A stretch of 64,000 bases of DNA from Candidatus Latescibacterota bacterium (GCA_965237675.1 OZ250150.1:2112001-2176000); one strand, 5' to 3'; positions 29,810-39,833 are shown, counted from the first letter of the stretch. A program made the numbers and translations. Notes: generated by a model not told the origin, from the letters alone.

Positions 29810-30697
29810 TTGGGGTTTTCGATCTCTCCCGGTGAGGTCTTCGGGCTGATGTGCTCGGTCGTCTGGGCGCTGAACAGCCTGATGGTCCGCACGCAGTCAC
29901 AGGCGATCCCTCCGGCGATGATGAACGGCATCCGGTGCGCTGTGGCCACCGTATTTTTCTGGGCCATGCTCCCGTTCGGTCCGCCGCTTTCCAGCTACGC
30001 CTACGTCACTGGAACGGAGTGGGCGCTCCTCGTGGGGGGGCTGGTGATCGGGATGGCCATCGGCGAGACGATGTACCTGGCGGCAATCAAGGAGATCGGC
30101 GTGTCGCGCGCGATGGCGATGTCCGGGACCTTCCCGCTCGCCACGTTTTTCTTCGAGTGGGTCCTGCTTCAGAATCCGTTCAGCCGGAGATTCTTCCTCG
30201 GGATCTGTCTCGTGGCCGTGGGGGTGATCTTTCTTTCAAGCCGGGCCCGGCAGCCCTCCGGTGAGCGGCCCGTTCGGCTCGCGCTGGGCACATCCCTGGC
30301 GCTGTTCGCCTGCCTGCTGTGGGGCCTGAGCACGGTGATGCTCAAACCGGCGATCGCGCACATGACGTCCGTTCAGGCCAACAGTGTCCGCGTGCCGATC
30401 ACGGCCGCGTTGCTCTTCCTGGCCCGGGCCTGGACCGGCCCGGTGATGCGCATCCGGGATATCGACCGGCGGGCGCTGTCTATTGTGGCCGCCAGCGGGA
30501 TCGTCGGCGTGGGCGCCGGATCCATGCTGTACTTGATGGCGATCAGCCGGATCGGACCCGCCAAGATGGCCACCCTGGCGTCTGTCTCCCCCGTTCTGGG
30601 GCTGGTGATGGCGGTCATCTTTCTGAAGGAGAAGTTGACCCTGCGGCTGGTGACGGGTGTGATATTCTGTGTGACGGGCGTGTGGATGGTCCTTTGA
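29810..30697 (+). CDS. DMT/EamA family transporter
   Basis: About 10 TM helices in two EamA repeats; FLKEK. Confidence 0.85.
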   Translation: MGFSISPGEVFGLMCSVVWALNSLMVRTQSQAIPPAMMNGIRCAVATVFFWAMLPFGPPLSSYAYVTGTEWALLVGGLVIGMAIGETMYLAAIKEIGVSRAMAMSGTFPLATFFFEWVLLQNPFSRRFFLGICLVAVGVIFLSSRARQPSGERPVRLALGTSLALFACLLWGLSTVMLKPAIAHMTSVQANSVRVPITAALLFLARAWTGPVMRIRDIDRRALSIVAASGIVGVGAGSMLYLMAISRIGPAKMATLASVSPVLGLVMAVIFLKEKLTLRLVTGVIFCVTGVWMVL

Positions 30698-30812
30698 CGC
30701 AAGGGCCCTCTCGAGACTACACACACTTGTGTGTGTATATAGCGCCGTCCGGGCTCCGTTGGCGCTGACGGCAGATCGGCGGAGATGGACCGAGAAGACG
30801 CGAGGCGGGTTT

Positions 30813-31532
30813 ATGATTCGCGAAATGATGGACGTTCTGTTCACCAGGGAACTGCTGGTTGCCCACCCGGATGAATGGGGTATTGCCGAGTATTGCGACC
30901 ATCCCGTTTCGATAGGCTATGCGACCACGATTACGCCGGATACGATAAAGACGGCAGTCGATCGGGACGTGGATGTCATTGTCACGCACCACGATGCCTG
31001 GGAGTTCATGTTCGAGCAGAGGGAGGAGGTCCGAGCTCTGCTACGCAAAAACGGCCTGACGCACATCTGGGCGCACCTCCCGCTCGACCTGGCGGATTTC
31101 GGAACCTCGGCAATGCTGCTATCGGAGATCGGTTGTACCCCTGTGGCCACGCTGGCTGAAAACGCGGGAAGGGTGGGCGAACTATCCGAACCCGCCAGCC
31201 TGGCCACGGTGCGCTCAAACCTCACGTCTCTGCTGTCCGAGGAGCCCTGTAGAGTGCATGATGCGAACCGGTCCGTGCGCAGGGTAGGCACGGTAACGGG
31301 TGCGGGAATCTATACCACCTTTCTGCGAGATGCGTTGCATTTCGGGATCGACCTGTACGTCACAGGGGAGACGAATCTCTATCTGCTGGAGTACGCCAAA
31401 TTTAAAAACGTCAACGTGCTGGTGTATTCGCACAACTATTCGGAGCTACCGGGTGTAAACGCCTTCGCAAGACGAATTGCCGGGGCGTTGAATCTCGAGT
31501 TGAAGGGCCATCTGGGGGATTCTCATTTTTGA
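30813..31532 (+). CDS. Nif3-like dinuclear metal-centre protein
   Basis: VTHH, AHLPLD, VTGAG, YVTGE, HNYSE motifs. Confidence 0.85.
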   Translation: MIREMMDVLFTRELLVAHPDEWGIAEYCDHPVSIGYATTITPDTIKTAVDRDVDVIVTHHDAWEFMFEQREEVRALLRKNGLTHIWAHLPLDLADFGTSAMLLSEIGCTPVATLAENAGRVGELSEPASLATVRSNLTSLLSEEPCRVHDANRSVRRVGTVTGAGIYTTFLRDALHFGIDLYVTGETNLYLLEYAKFKNVNVLVYSHNYSELPGVNAFARRIAGALNLELKGHLGDSHF

Positions 31533-31579
31533 GGACGGTTTGTACAGAACAAAGCCGCCGTCCAGATATGGTGTTTCGA

Positions 31580-32299
31580 ATGGCAGAGGTCACGCGAAGT
31601 CACATCCATACCGTCAAAGACGCAGAGCTTTTCGACCATTCCCTGGCTGAAGAGGTTGATTGGGAGTCCTTCTAGGCGAAGAGAAAGCGGACTCCGCCTT
31701 TTCTGAGGAATGTCCCGGACGAGAATCTGGTCAGATACTTAGAACAGGGGCGCCTCAGTTCCGGTAACGCTATCGATCTGGGTTGCGGGATCGGTCGGAA
31801 CGCGGTCTATCTGGCAAAGGCGGGTTGCCGGGTGGACGCCATCGATTTATCGCGGACTGCGATCGGTAGAGGACGTCTTTTTGCAGAGGAAGCGCGGGTT
31901 GACGTCAAATTCATCGTCGGGTCGGTCTTTGATATACCGCTGCTCGAGAACCATTACGACATTGCTTGCGATTCCGGCCTATTCCATCATTTGCCGCCAC
32001 ATCGAAGGCCAATCTACCTCGACCGCGTTCGCATGGCGCTGAACCCGAACGGACGCTTCGGGATGACGTGTTTTGACAAGACAGGCGGTCAACCCGTGGA
32101 AGATTGGGAGATATACGAAACGGGAAAGATGCCGCCGGGTATCGGCTACTCGGAAGATCGATTGCGAGGCATACCAAATCACCATTTCGAGATTCTTGAT
32201 TTACGGCCGATGAAGGTTTATCCCGAGGACGCCGAATTATTCGGCATATCGGGTCTTTGGACCGTTATGATGAAGCCGCTCAGACCCTCCTCACGTTAG
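31580..32299 (+). pseudogene. Class I SAM methyltransferase (TPMT/TehB-like) interrupted by an in-frame TAG
   Basis: WESF*AKR at 31673-31675, then PDENLV, IDLGCGIGRNA and DSGLFHHL in the same frame. Confidence 0.8.
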
Positions 32300-32309
32300 C
32301 GTGGTTTGG

Positions 32310-32326
32310 AATTTAAAACAGCTTCT
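32310..32326. repeat. Solo terminal repeat matching the MITE-B end
   Basis: AATTTAAAACAGCTTCT versus ATTCTAAAACAGCTTCT at 39787-39803. Confidence 0.6.
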
Positions 32327-32597
32327 GAGAGAATTGGTTTGGCTGCGATTACGGTACCGAGCTATCTTTAACTCAATACGGGGAATGTACGGAACCGCAT
32401 TGCATTCGAAGAAGACGAGCAAAAAAATAAGGTAAAGCACTGATAATGAGCAAGTTGAGACGTTAATTGCCATAATTCCAGTCATGACATGCTGAACCAC
32501 CTTGCAGTATTTGATCGTGATATGCAGCTCTTATTATCTTAGCGATTGTGTCGCTAGTTTCGGCCAACCTGAAGGGTTTTCGAGTTCGGAGGTATCG

Positions 32598-32816
32598 ATG
32601 GAAGCAGCTTACATCAGTCGCGACCCGGAGATCATGAGTGGGGCACTCTGTTTCAAGGGGACCCGGGTACCGGTGCAAAACTTATTTGACTACCTTGAGG
32701 GGACCTCTTCCCTTGATGATTTTCTGGATGACTTCCCCTCCGTTTCCCGCGAGGCAGCAGTAGCTGTGCTCGAGGCCGCGAAAGTACGGCTATTCGCCGA
32801 TGCGTCTACTTCTTGA
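32598..32816 (+). CDS. DUF433 antitoxin-like protein
   Basis: ISRDPEIMSG..CFKGTRVPV..LFDYLE...LDDFLDDFPSV; GGAGG Shine-Dalgarno. Confidence 0.88.
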   Translation: MEAAYISRDPEIMSGALCFKGTRVPVQNLFDYLEGTSSLDDFLDDFPSVSREAAVAVLEAAKVRLFADASTS

Positions 32817-33118
32817 CGAATCCCTTCCCCGTCGCGTGCGGCAATTCCTGCCTGGCCATACCCTACGGACAGGGGTCGAGATGGGACGGGGTGGTATCAG
32901 GAACGGTGACGTGCTCAGCCTTGCGGCGTCGGATTTTGATGCGTTAACACCGTTGACAAGAATCTTCGGTACCAACAGAACCTCTCTGTCCTCCCCATTG
33001 CGGTCGTGATCCTGTATGCTCACTCAAACGAACTTCAGGTCCTGATGCCGCTCCTGCCCGAGCTGGAAAAGCCCTTACTTCACTGAAACCACGCTCTTTC
33101 GTGCAATTTGGGGCATAA
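32800..33118 (+). pseudogene. Frameshifted DUF5615 PIN-like toxin
   Basis: MRLLLDESLP...FDAL, continuing in another frame as TVDKNLRYQQNL..LPIAVV; a second shift near 33072 gives LKPRSFVQFGA*. Confidence 0.8.
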
Positions 33119-33283
33119 CCAGCCGCTTCCCGCGACGTCTGATCGCTAAACTCTGCCAGCGGATTAAGACATTACACGCAGCAATGTCTGCTATTGCGCA
33201 AGGGAGCGAATACAACCTCTGACGCTTTACGAATGACATAGTCATGGAAGTTTCCCATTCTCCATCCCTCTGGCAAAAACGCG

Positions 33284-33766
33284 ATTAGACCTGCATTCAC
33301 AACCCGCCCCGCGGTTGAGGGAGATGTCCCGGCGCTGATTGATCTGGCGCAGCGGTCCTGGCTTTCCGGAAACTGCGAACTCGCCCCGATTCAGGCTGTG
33401 CGGGACTGGATAGAAGCAGATATCGAGAGCAGGCGATATCCGGAGATCTGGCCGAACGTCACGGTTGCGGCGCATCGTTCTCGAATCCTCGGTTTGTCGA
33501 GCACGGAAGGCCAGGAAGTCGCCGATCTCTGGGTCCATCCGTCCTTTCAGAGACGAGGGATCGGGAGCAGGCTGTTGCAGGTCTGCGAGGAAGAGATTTG
33601 CCTCGCCGGTCACACCTCAGCCAGATTGTGTTATACGGAATACAACGTCGCGGCTCCTCTCTTCTACCACGCTCACGGATACACTGAGGTAAGCCGATCT
33701 CCCGACAGACTCCCATGCGGTCTAGTGAGGGATGTCATCGTTATGGAGAAAACGATCGGAGTTTGA
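33284..33766 (+). pseudogene. GNAT acetyltransferase lacking a canonical start (ATT at the expected start)
   Basis: Open frame (I)RPAFTTRPAVEGDVPAL...LWVHPSFQRRGIGSRLL...FYHAHGY; no ATG/GTG until 33398. Confidence 0.6.
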
Positions 33767-33829
33767 AGAATCGCGAGGCAATGGCCCCCACGACGGCAGA
33801 ACCGCGAGTCGGAGAGAACACAGCCGAAG

Positions 33830-33907
33830 GAACGCTTAGGCCGGCTGAACGGTGTGTGGCGCGACGTTGTCCTGATGGAACGGCGAAGCAGAGTTGTGGG
33901 CACTTAG
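33830..33907 (+). pseudogene. C-terminal remnant of a phosphinothricin/YncA-type GNAT
   Basis: ERLGRLNGVWRDVVLMERRSRVVGT* matches the typical C-terminus of this family. Confidence 0.65.
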
Positions 33908-34104
33908 TGGCTTGCATCCAGACTGCATTGTTCACGATTCAATCAATACCACCCCCACAACGTGACCCGACGTCGAGGAAGCAGGTTTGAACGTGGGGTA
34001 GAAATTCCTGTCTGCCCATTGTATTGGTGTTCAGGTCCCATACCTGTGCGAACCGTGGGCACCGCACAATCTGGCCGAGGAGCGCGACGTTAACCGGACG
34101 ACGC

Positions 34105-36198
34105 TTATCTACCGAAAGCGTTGGCGAAGATTAGAAAATCGCCAAACCCGATCGTGCCGTCGCCGTCCAGATCATATCGTGCGTCGTAGTCTTCATCGGA
34201 TTGACCCAATCCGAATTGTCCCGCAAACTGTATAAAATCGGTAAAGCCGACGGTACCGTCGCCATCGAAATCGGGATTGGGGCTTCGAGGAGTGACGTAC
34301 GGCAACATGTCCCAAAGCAGAATTGTACCGTCTCCACTTCCACTGGCCAGGATCAGCCCATTGGGGGAAAAGGAGACGTTCGTGACAGCCTCGACATGTC
34401 CTTTCAGGACGTCTTTCTCCTTGCGGCTGATCACGTCCCACAATCGTACCGTTGCGTCCTCACTCGCACTTGCCAGAGTGGACCCGTCTGGCGAGAACGT
34501 CACCGAAAAGACACTGCTTTCATGTCCGGTCAGGGTTGCTTTCTCCCGTCTGCTTGCCATGTCCCACAGGCGAATCGTGCCATCTGAAATTCCACTGGCC
34601 AGGGTAGATCCATCAGACGAGAACGACACCGAGTAAAACAGATCCGTTTTGCCGCCCGAAAGATTGCCCCTTTGCTGGCGGCCAACCACATCCCACAATC
34701 GAATCTCCCTCCTACCCACACTGGCCAGGATGGACCCATCTTGCGAAAAGGTCAGTGAAAAGATCGACCCCGTATGACCAGTTAATGTGGCTTTCTCCTG
34801 CGTACTCGCCACGTCCCACAAACGGATCGTACCATCAGAACCTCCACTGGCGAGCGTAGATCCATCGGGTGAGAAGGACAGGGAAAAGACCTCCCCGATA
34901 TGCCCTTTCAATTTAGCCTCCTCTTGACGGCTAACCACATCCCACAACCGAATTGTACCGTCTCTGCGCACTGGATCTCCACTGCCAGTGGCCAGGGTGG
35001 CCCCATCCGGCGAGAACGCCACCGAAAAGACACTCCACCCTTCAAGCCCTGTTAATGAGGTCTCCTTCTGTCTGCTGGCCACGTCCCACAACTGTACCGT
35101 CTCGTCGCGACTTCCAGTGGCCAGGGTGGCCCCATCGGGCGAAAACGACATCGAAATGACCCAGGACGTATGCCCGTCTATTGTGGCCGTCTCCTGACGG
35201 CTGACCGTGTCCCATACCCGAATTGTACCGTCTCTGCTCCCGCTGGCCAGTGTGGCCCCGTCCGGCGAAAATGTTACAGAATAGACCCTGCTCGTATGCC
35301 CTTTCAAAATGGCACTTTCCACCCGGCCGACCATGTCCCACAACCGAATCGTACCGTCCCTGCTTCCACTGGCCAAGGTAGAGCCATCCGGGGAGAATGA
35401 AACGGAATAGATCCAATTGTCATGTCCTGTCAGGGTGGTTTTCTCCTGACGGCTGACCACGTCCCAAACCCGTATCGTACCATAAGCAATTGCACTGGCC
35501 AGGGTCTCGCCGTCTGGCGAGAATGATACGGAAGTAACAATGCCGCCGTGCCCTGCCAGCGTGGCCTTTTCTTTTCCGCTGGCTACATCCCACAACCGAA
35601 CCGATTTTTCTTCATCAAACAGATTCCCACTTCCGCTGGCCAAGGTCGCCCCGTCCGGCGAGAACGACACCGAATTGACCCATGACGCGTGTCCTGTAAG
35701 TGTGGATTTCGTCTGACCGCTGGCCAGGTCCCACAACCGAATCGTATTGTCCCAGCTCCCGCTGGCCAGGGCGGAGCCATCCGGGGAGAACGATACCGCA
35801 GTGACTCTTTCCGTATGCCCTGTCAGTGTGGCTTTCGTCTGACCACTGGCAACATCCCACAACCGAATCGTATTGTCCCAACTCCCGCTGGCCAGGGTGG
35901 CGCCATCCGGGGAGAACGATACCGCAAGGACATACCGCGTGTGCCCCGCGAACAAGGCCACTTCGGCGCCGGTGTGGGCATTGTACAGCCAGATACCGAT
36001 GCTGCTTGCCACCGCCAGGCGCGCGCCGTCCGGTGAATAGGCTACCGCTCTGTCATTAAAACTGATATCACCTTTGCCCAGGCGGGCGAGAGCGCCTTCC
36101 GGAAGGCTGAAGGGGTTTTCCTTCCCGGCGAGGCTGGCCCGCGCGAACAGGACGCCAACCAACAACAGGGCGATGCTGAATGAATGGCGCATTCTCAT
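34105..36198 (-). CDS. Secreted WD40-repeat protein (14 repeats) with C-terminal EF-hand/dockerin-like module
   Basis: Signal peptide; GH..V.SV.FSPDG.TLASGS.D.TIRLWD repeats; DFDGDGTVGFTDF...DLDGDGTIGFGDF tail. Confidence 0.92.
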   Translation of the reverse strand: MRMRHSFSIALLLVGVLFARASLAGKENPFSLPEGALARLGKGDISFNDRAVAYSPDGARLAVASSIGIWLYNAHTGAEVALFAGHTRYVLAVSFSPDGATLASGSWDNTIRLWDVASGQTKATLTGHTERVTAVSFSPDGSALASGSWDNTIRLWDLASGQTKSTLTGHASWVNSVSFSPDGATLASGSGNLFDEEKSVRLWDVASGKEKATLAGHGGIVTSVSFSPDGETLASAIAYGTIRVWDVVSRQEKTTLTGHDNWIYSVSFSPDGSTLASGSRDGTIRLWDMVGRVESAILKGHTSRVYSVTFSPDGATLASGSRDGTIRVWDTVSRQETATIDGHTSWVISMSFSPDGATLATGSRDETVQLWDVASRQKETSLTGLEGWSVFSVAFSPDGATLATGSGDPVRRDGTIRLWDVVSRQEEAKLKGHIGEVFSLSFSPDGSTLASGGSDGTIRLWDVASTQEKATLTGHTGSIFSLTFSQDGSILASVGRREIRLWDVVGRQQRGNLSGGKTDLFYSVSFSSDGSTLASGISDGTIRLWDMASRREKATLTGHESSVFSVTFSPDGSTLASASEDATVRLWDVISRKEKDVLKGHVEAVTNVSFSPNGLILASGSGDGTILLWDMLPYVTPRSPNPDFDGDGTVGFTDFIQFAGQFGLGQSDEDYDARYDLDGDGTIGFGDFLIFANAFGR

Positions 36199-36278
36199 CC
36201 GGGATGCTCTTTCGGTGAAGGCGGCTGGGGCCGCCTATCGTGAAGTCCGCCCTTTCTTCGAAATCCTTCGCCCACTGG

Positions 36279-37040
36279 TCATCCTGACTCGGCATCCGAT
36301 TTGTGTACGGCGACGAATTTGTCGATCTGGCGGAAGATCCTGTGCATGGTGGCAACGTCTCGGCGATCCATGGAGATGCGGCCGAAGAGGCGGCGGATGG
36401 ACCGCGGGAAGGCCTTCGGCATGTAGTCGGCGGGGAAGCCCAGTTTATCCAGTGCGGATGCGATGTGCGTGTAGAGGGATTCCATCTCTTCAAAGGACGC
36501 CAGGTCAAGCTCCGGCAATTCGCGGGGCCTGGCTGCCGCGCGGAAGAGTTCAAAGCCGAAGATGAGAACGGCCTGGGAAAGGTTCAGGGAGGGATACCGG
36601 TGGGCGGTCGGGATATTGGCGATCATGCTGCACAGCCGCATTTCATCGTTGGTCAGGCCGTTTTCTTCTCGGCCGAATACGAGGGCGGCTTCGTTATCCT
36701 GCGGCAGGGAGACCAGCTTCTCCGCCACGTGTCGCGGTCCGTACATGATGTCGAGGTGCTCGCGTTTCCGGTGGGTCGTTCCCACGGAGAGAACCGTTCC
36801 GGCCAGGGCTTCTTCAAGCGACTCGCATACGGTGGCGCCGTAGAGCACGTCACCCGAGCCGTGGGCCATTTTTCGGGCGTCGCCGCAGGTATGGTCGGGA
36901 GGGTCCACGAGGTAGAGCCGCGAGAGGCCCATGTTTTTCATGGCCCGCGCCACCGCACCGATGTTGCCGGGCTCCTTGGTGCCCGCCAGGACAACACGGA
37001 TGCGGTTGAGCGTTTCCGGGACAACCGACTGTTGTCGCAT
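36279..37040 (-). CDS. trmJ: tRNA methyltransferase, TrmJ/LasT (SPOUT)
   Basis: PGNIGAVARAMKNMG, VFGREENGLTN, SLNLSQAV. Confidence 0.88.
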   Translation of the reverse strand: MRQQSVVPETLNRIRVVLAGTKEPGNIGAVARAMKNMGLSRLYLVDPPDHTCGDARKMAHGSGDVLYGATVCESLEEALAGTVLSVGTTHRKREHLDIMYGPRHVAEKLVSLPQDNEAALVFGREENGLTNDEMRLCSMIANIPTAHRYPSLNLSQAVLIFGFELFRAAARPRELPELDLASFEEMESLYTHIASALDKLGFPADYMPKAFPRSIRRLFGRISMDRRDVATMHRIFRQIDKFVAVHKSDAESG

Positions 37041-37143
37041 CTGTTTCTCCTTGTCCGTTCTCTTTATGCAATTCTGACGCTAGTGTCCCGGGATGCGGGG
37101 CATTGCGAGTCATGCGGGCGCGCCGTTCAAACCGACCGATCCG

Positions 37144-38370
37144 CTATTGACTTAAAAAGCGTTTCCACCCTTCAGGCACGGCATTTGTCTCGAGCAGCAT
37201 CAGCACCGCCTGCCGCTGCGCGGTCTGCAGGCTGTCCTCCCGGGCTTTCCAATAGGCGGCGCCACGCCGGATAGCTTCCGGGTGCATTGAAAACGAGGCC
37301 CGGCTGAAAAGGGAGTCGTGAAGGGCGGGGTTAAGGGTATAGCCGTCGAGACGCGTGGTCTGTTCGGCCAAAGCGCCCGTCTCGGTGGTAATGCGCACGG
37401 TCTGCAGAACGGGCAGCCAGTAGCGGTCGTAGTAGAGCGCGTTTTCCTGGTAGGTGCGAAGTTCTTTGATGCCGAGTGATTTTCGGCCTTTCTTGTTCAA
37501 GCGCAGGTCGTAGCCCACCAGCGAGAAGTCGGTTGCGGAAATCCAGATGGCCCCTTCAAGTGCGGGGTTTCTTTTTTTTCCGGGTTCGACTTGAATTTTG
37601 TACACCGCCACGTCGCCCATCTGTACAGTACCTATCAGACGATAGCGGTAATCTCTCCGGGCGTCGGATTCCAACGGTAGAGGACCCACGTCAAAATCGC
37701 GGCCGTTGAGGCGGCCGCTGCGGATATTTACGATGACGCCGGGATGCATGCCGAATTGCTGGGCCGGCGCGCTGCGAGACCGGTACGCCGTGATGACCTG
37801 GGCGATCTCCCCAGGATTTCGATAATACCCCCGGCCGTCGTAATCGATTCGGGCAAGGACGGGCGAACCGGTATCGCTGCCGGCGTAGAGGGTCTGGACG
37901 CCGCGTAACTCAAAACGATGGGTCCGGAGGTCCGCGTAGCGGGTGTGAAAGACGTTTTCGCGGGGTTTTTGACCGATGGTTTTCAGGAGATCCTTGAGGG
38001 ATGGACGTGGGAGGTCAACGTGGGCCTTGAGCGTAATTGGAGAGGGGAAAAGCAAGATATCCAGTCGGCTTTCCGCACCGTCGGGTACGACAATCTCCCG
38101 CAGGGCCGTCCGATAGCCGACAAATGAAACCTGGACGCGAATGGGACCCCGTGGCAGGTCGGCAACCGTGAATCGGCCATAGAGGTCCGTATGGTCCCCG
38201 CGCTTGAGTTCCGGCAGGATGACCGTGGCGTACGGCAACGGCGTGCGCGTCGCGCTGTCTCTGACGGTGCCGTTCAGCGTGGCCGCTCGCACGGCCACGT
38301 GAGCAATGTGTACCGCAAGCGCACAGACGAGAAGCTCAAAAAAACGACGCGCGGACATCTGCCAGTGCAT
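37144..38370 (-). CDS. Secreted protein with carboxypeptidase regulatory-like domain (DUF5686-like C-terminus)
   Basis: Signal peptide; GTVRDS.T..PLPYATV...SFVGY; G.IWI...DF, YWLP. Confidence 0.7.
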   Translation of the reverse strand: MHWQMSARRFFELLVCALAVHIAHVAVRAATLNGTVRDSATRTPLPYATVILPELKRGDHTDLYGRFTVADLPRGPIRVQVSFVGYRTALREIVVPDGAESRLDILLFPSPITLKAHVDLPRPSLKDLLKTIGQKPRENVFHTRYADLRTHRFELRGVQTLYAGSDTGSPVLARIDYDGRGYYRNPGEIAQVITAYRSRSAPAQQFGMHPGVIVNIRSGRLNGRDFDVGPLPLESDARRDYRYRLIGTVQMGDVAVYKIQVEPGKKRNPALEGAIWISATDFSLVGYDLRLNKKGRKSLGIKELRTYQENALYYDRYWLPVLQTVRITTETGALAEQTTRLDGYTLNPALHDSLFSRASFSMHPEAIRRGAAYWKAREDSLQTAQRQAVLMLLETNAVPEGWKRFLSQ

Positions 38371-39499
38371 CGATAAGACGGGTGATATCCTCCTCGCTGT
38401 GGTCGGCCATCAGCGTAAGGCGCAAGCGGCTCTCGCCTTCGGGAACGGTTGGCGGCCGGATGCCGCTCAAGTAAATTCCCTCCCTGAAGAGATGGTCCGA
38501 AATCGCCATGGTGCGCTCCGTGTCGCCGATTAGGATGGGAACAATCTGGGATTGGGAGCCCATGAGATCGAAACCCAGGTCGCGCAGCGCACTTTGCACG
38601 GCGTGGACGTTTCGCCAGAGCCCGTTTCGCAAGTCCGAACGGGTTTCAATGAGTCCCAACGCGGCCGTAGCGGCCGCACAGGCGTCGGGTGGCAGGGCCG
38701 AGGTGTATATAAAGGCCGGGGCTCGATTGATCAGCAGGTCGACGAGTTCCGTGTCTCCGGCGACGAATCCGCCGTAGGCGCCCAGGGCTTTGCTGGCGGA
38801 GGTCGTTACAATGTCGATGCCTCGCGTGATGCCAAAGTGTTCGTGTATCCCTCGGCCGGAAGCGCCGAGGACCCCGGTCCCATGGGCATCGTCAACCATT
38901 AGAATGGCGTTGTGTCGGTTCGCGGCGTCCACGAGGTCTGGCAGGGGAGCGAGGTCGCCGTCCATGCTGAACAGGCCGTCGGTGACGATCAGGCGGCGCC
39001 GGAACTCGCATTCGGTATTGAGCAGGCTGTCGAGGTGGTCGACGTCCCGGTGGCGATAGACGAGGGTCTTTGCCCCGGAGAGCCGGCAGGCGTCGATGAT
39101 GCTGCGATGGTTGAGACGGTCGCTGAAAACCGCGTCTTCCGCGCCGACGAGGGCACTCACCGCGCCCAGGTTCGCCATGTAGCCGGTGGGAAAGCACAGG
39201 GCCGATTCGGTACCCAGGAAACGGGCCATCCGGTGTTCCAGCGTCCGATGCGGTTCCATGTTTCCTGAGATGAGCCGGGAGGCCGCCGCGCTGAGCCCGT
39301 AAGCCCGCAGCGCGGAAGCTGCTTCTTCTTTCAGAACGGGGTGGTTTGCAAGCCCGAGGTAATTGTTGGAACAGAAGAGGAGACGCTCTTTGCCGTCGAT
39401 GCGGACTCGGGGTCCCTGCGCACCTTCAAACAGGTGGAGGCTGCGGTACAGTCCGCGGGATTTCAGATTGTCCAGTTCCGTGGCGAGATGAGGAAGCAC
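38336..39499 (-). CDS. bioF: 8-amino-7-oxononanoate synthase
   Basis: CSNNYLGL, GYMAN, NHRSIID, FSMDGD, DDAHG, SKALG, IRPPTVP. Confidence 0.9.
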   Translation of the reverse strand: MLPHLATELDNLKSRGLYRSLHLFEGAQGPRVRIDGKERLLFCSNNYLGLANHPVLKEEAASALRAYGLSAAASRLISGNMEPHRTLEHRMARFLGTESALCFPTGYMANLGAVSALVGAEDAVFSDRLNHRSIIDACRLSGAKTLVYRHRDVDHLDSLLNTECEFRRRLIVTDGLFSMDGDLAPLPDLVDAANRHNAILMVDDAHGTGVLGASGRGIHEHFGITRGIDIVTTSASKALGAYGGFVAGDTELVDLLINRAPAFIYTSALPPDACAAATAALGLIETRSDLRNGLWRNVHAVQSALRDLGFDLMGSQSQIVPILIGDTERTMAISDHLFREGIYLSGIRPPTVPEGESRLRLTLMADHSEEDITRLIDALADVRASFF

Positions 39500-39604
39500 T
39501 GGAGGGTTACCGTCTGTAAATGCGGGTGAGAGGCGGCGAAAGGTGGACGAAAATTATGGTATTTCCACTGGCTTGTCAAGCGCGTGAGGGGGAATGGTAC
39601 CGGT

Positions 39605-39632
39605 TTGACAAAAGGGTTCATTCGTTTATATT
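39605..39632 (+). promoter_or_regulatory. Sigma70-like promoter upstream of MITE-B and the lnt-tatC operon
   Basis: TTGACA-16 bp-TATATT. Confidence 0.55.
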
Positions 39633-39635
39633 CAC

Positions 39636-39803
39636 AGAAGCTGTTTTAGAATCCCCAGCGGTCTTCGCGCGGCTGCAAAAGCGCCGGTCGGCGTTGGTCA
39701 AACCCACCCGTATCTTTAGTCGAGGCTGCGCGCCCCTCGCGCCTCATAACCGAACTTTTTCGCTCGCGCTCGGGAACTCACCACGAATTCTAAAACAGCT
39801 TCT
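39636..39803. mobile_element. MITE-like element B (168 bp)
   Basis: Perfect 17-bp TIR AGAAGCTGTTTTAGAAT / ATTCTAAAACAGCTTCT; no coding capacity. Confidence 0.8.
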
Positions 39804-39833
39804 AGGCGGGTTTTTGGGGCGGGGCTCAACCAG

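Noticed and set aside
31673-31675. Pyrrolysine recoding
   Set aside because: Class I SAM methyltransferase rather than a methylamine methyltransferase; Tyr expected at the site; neighbouring genes are also decaying; many genes here end in TAG.
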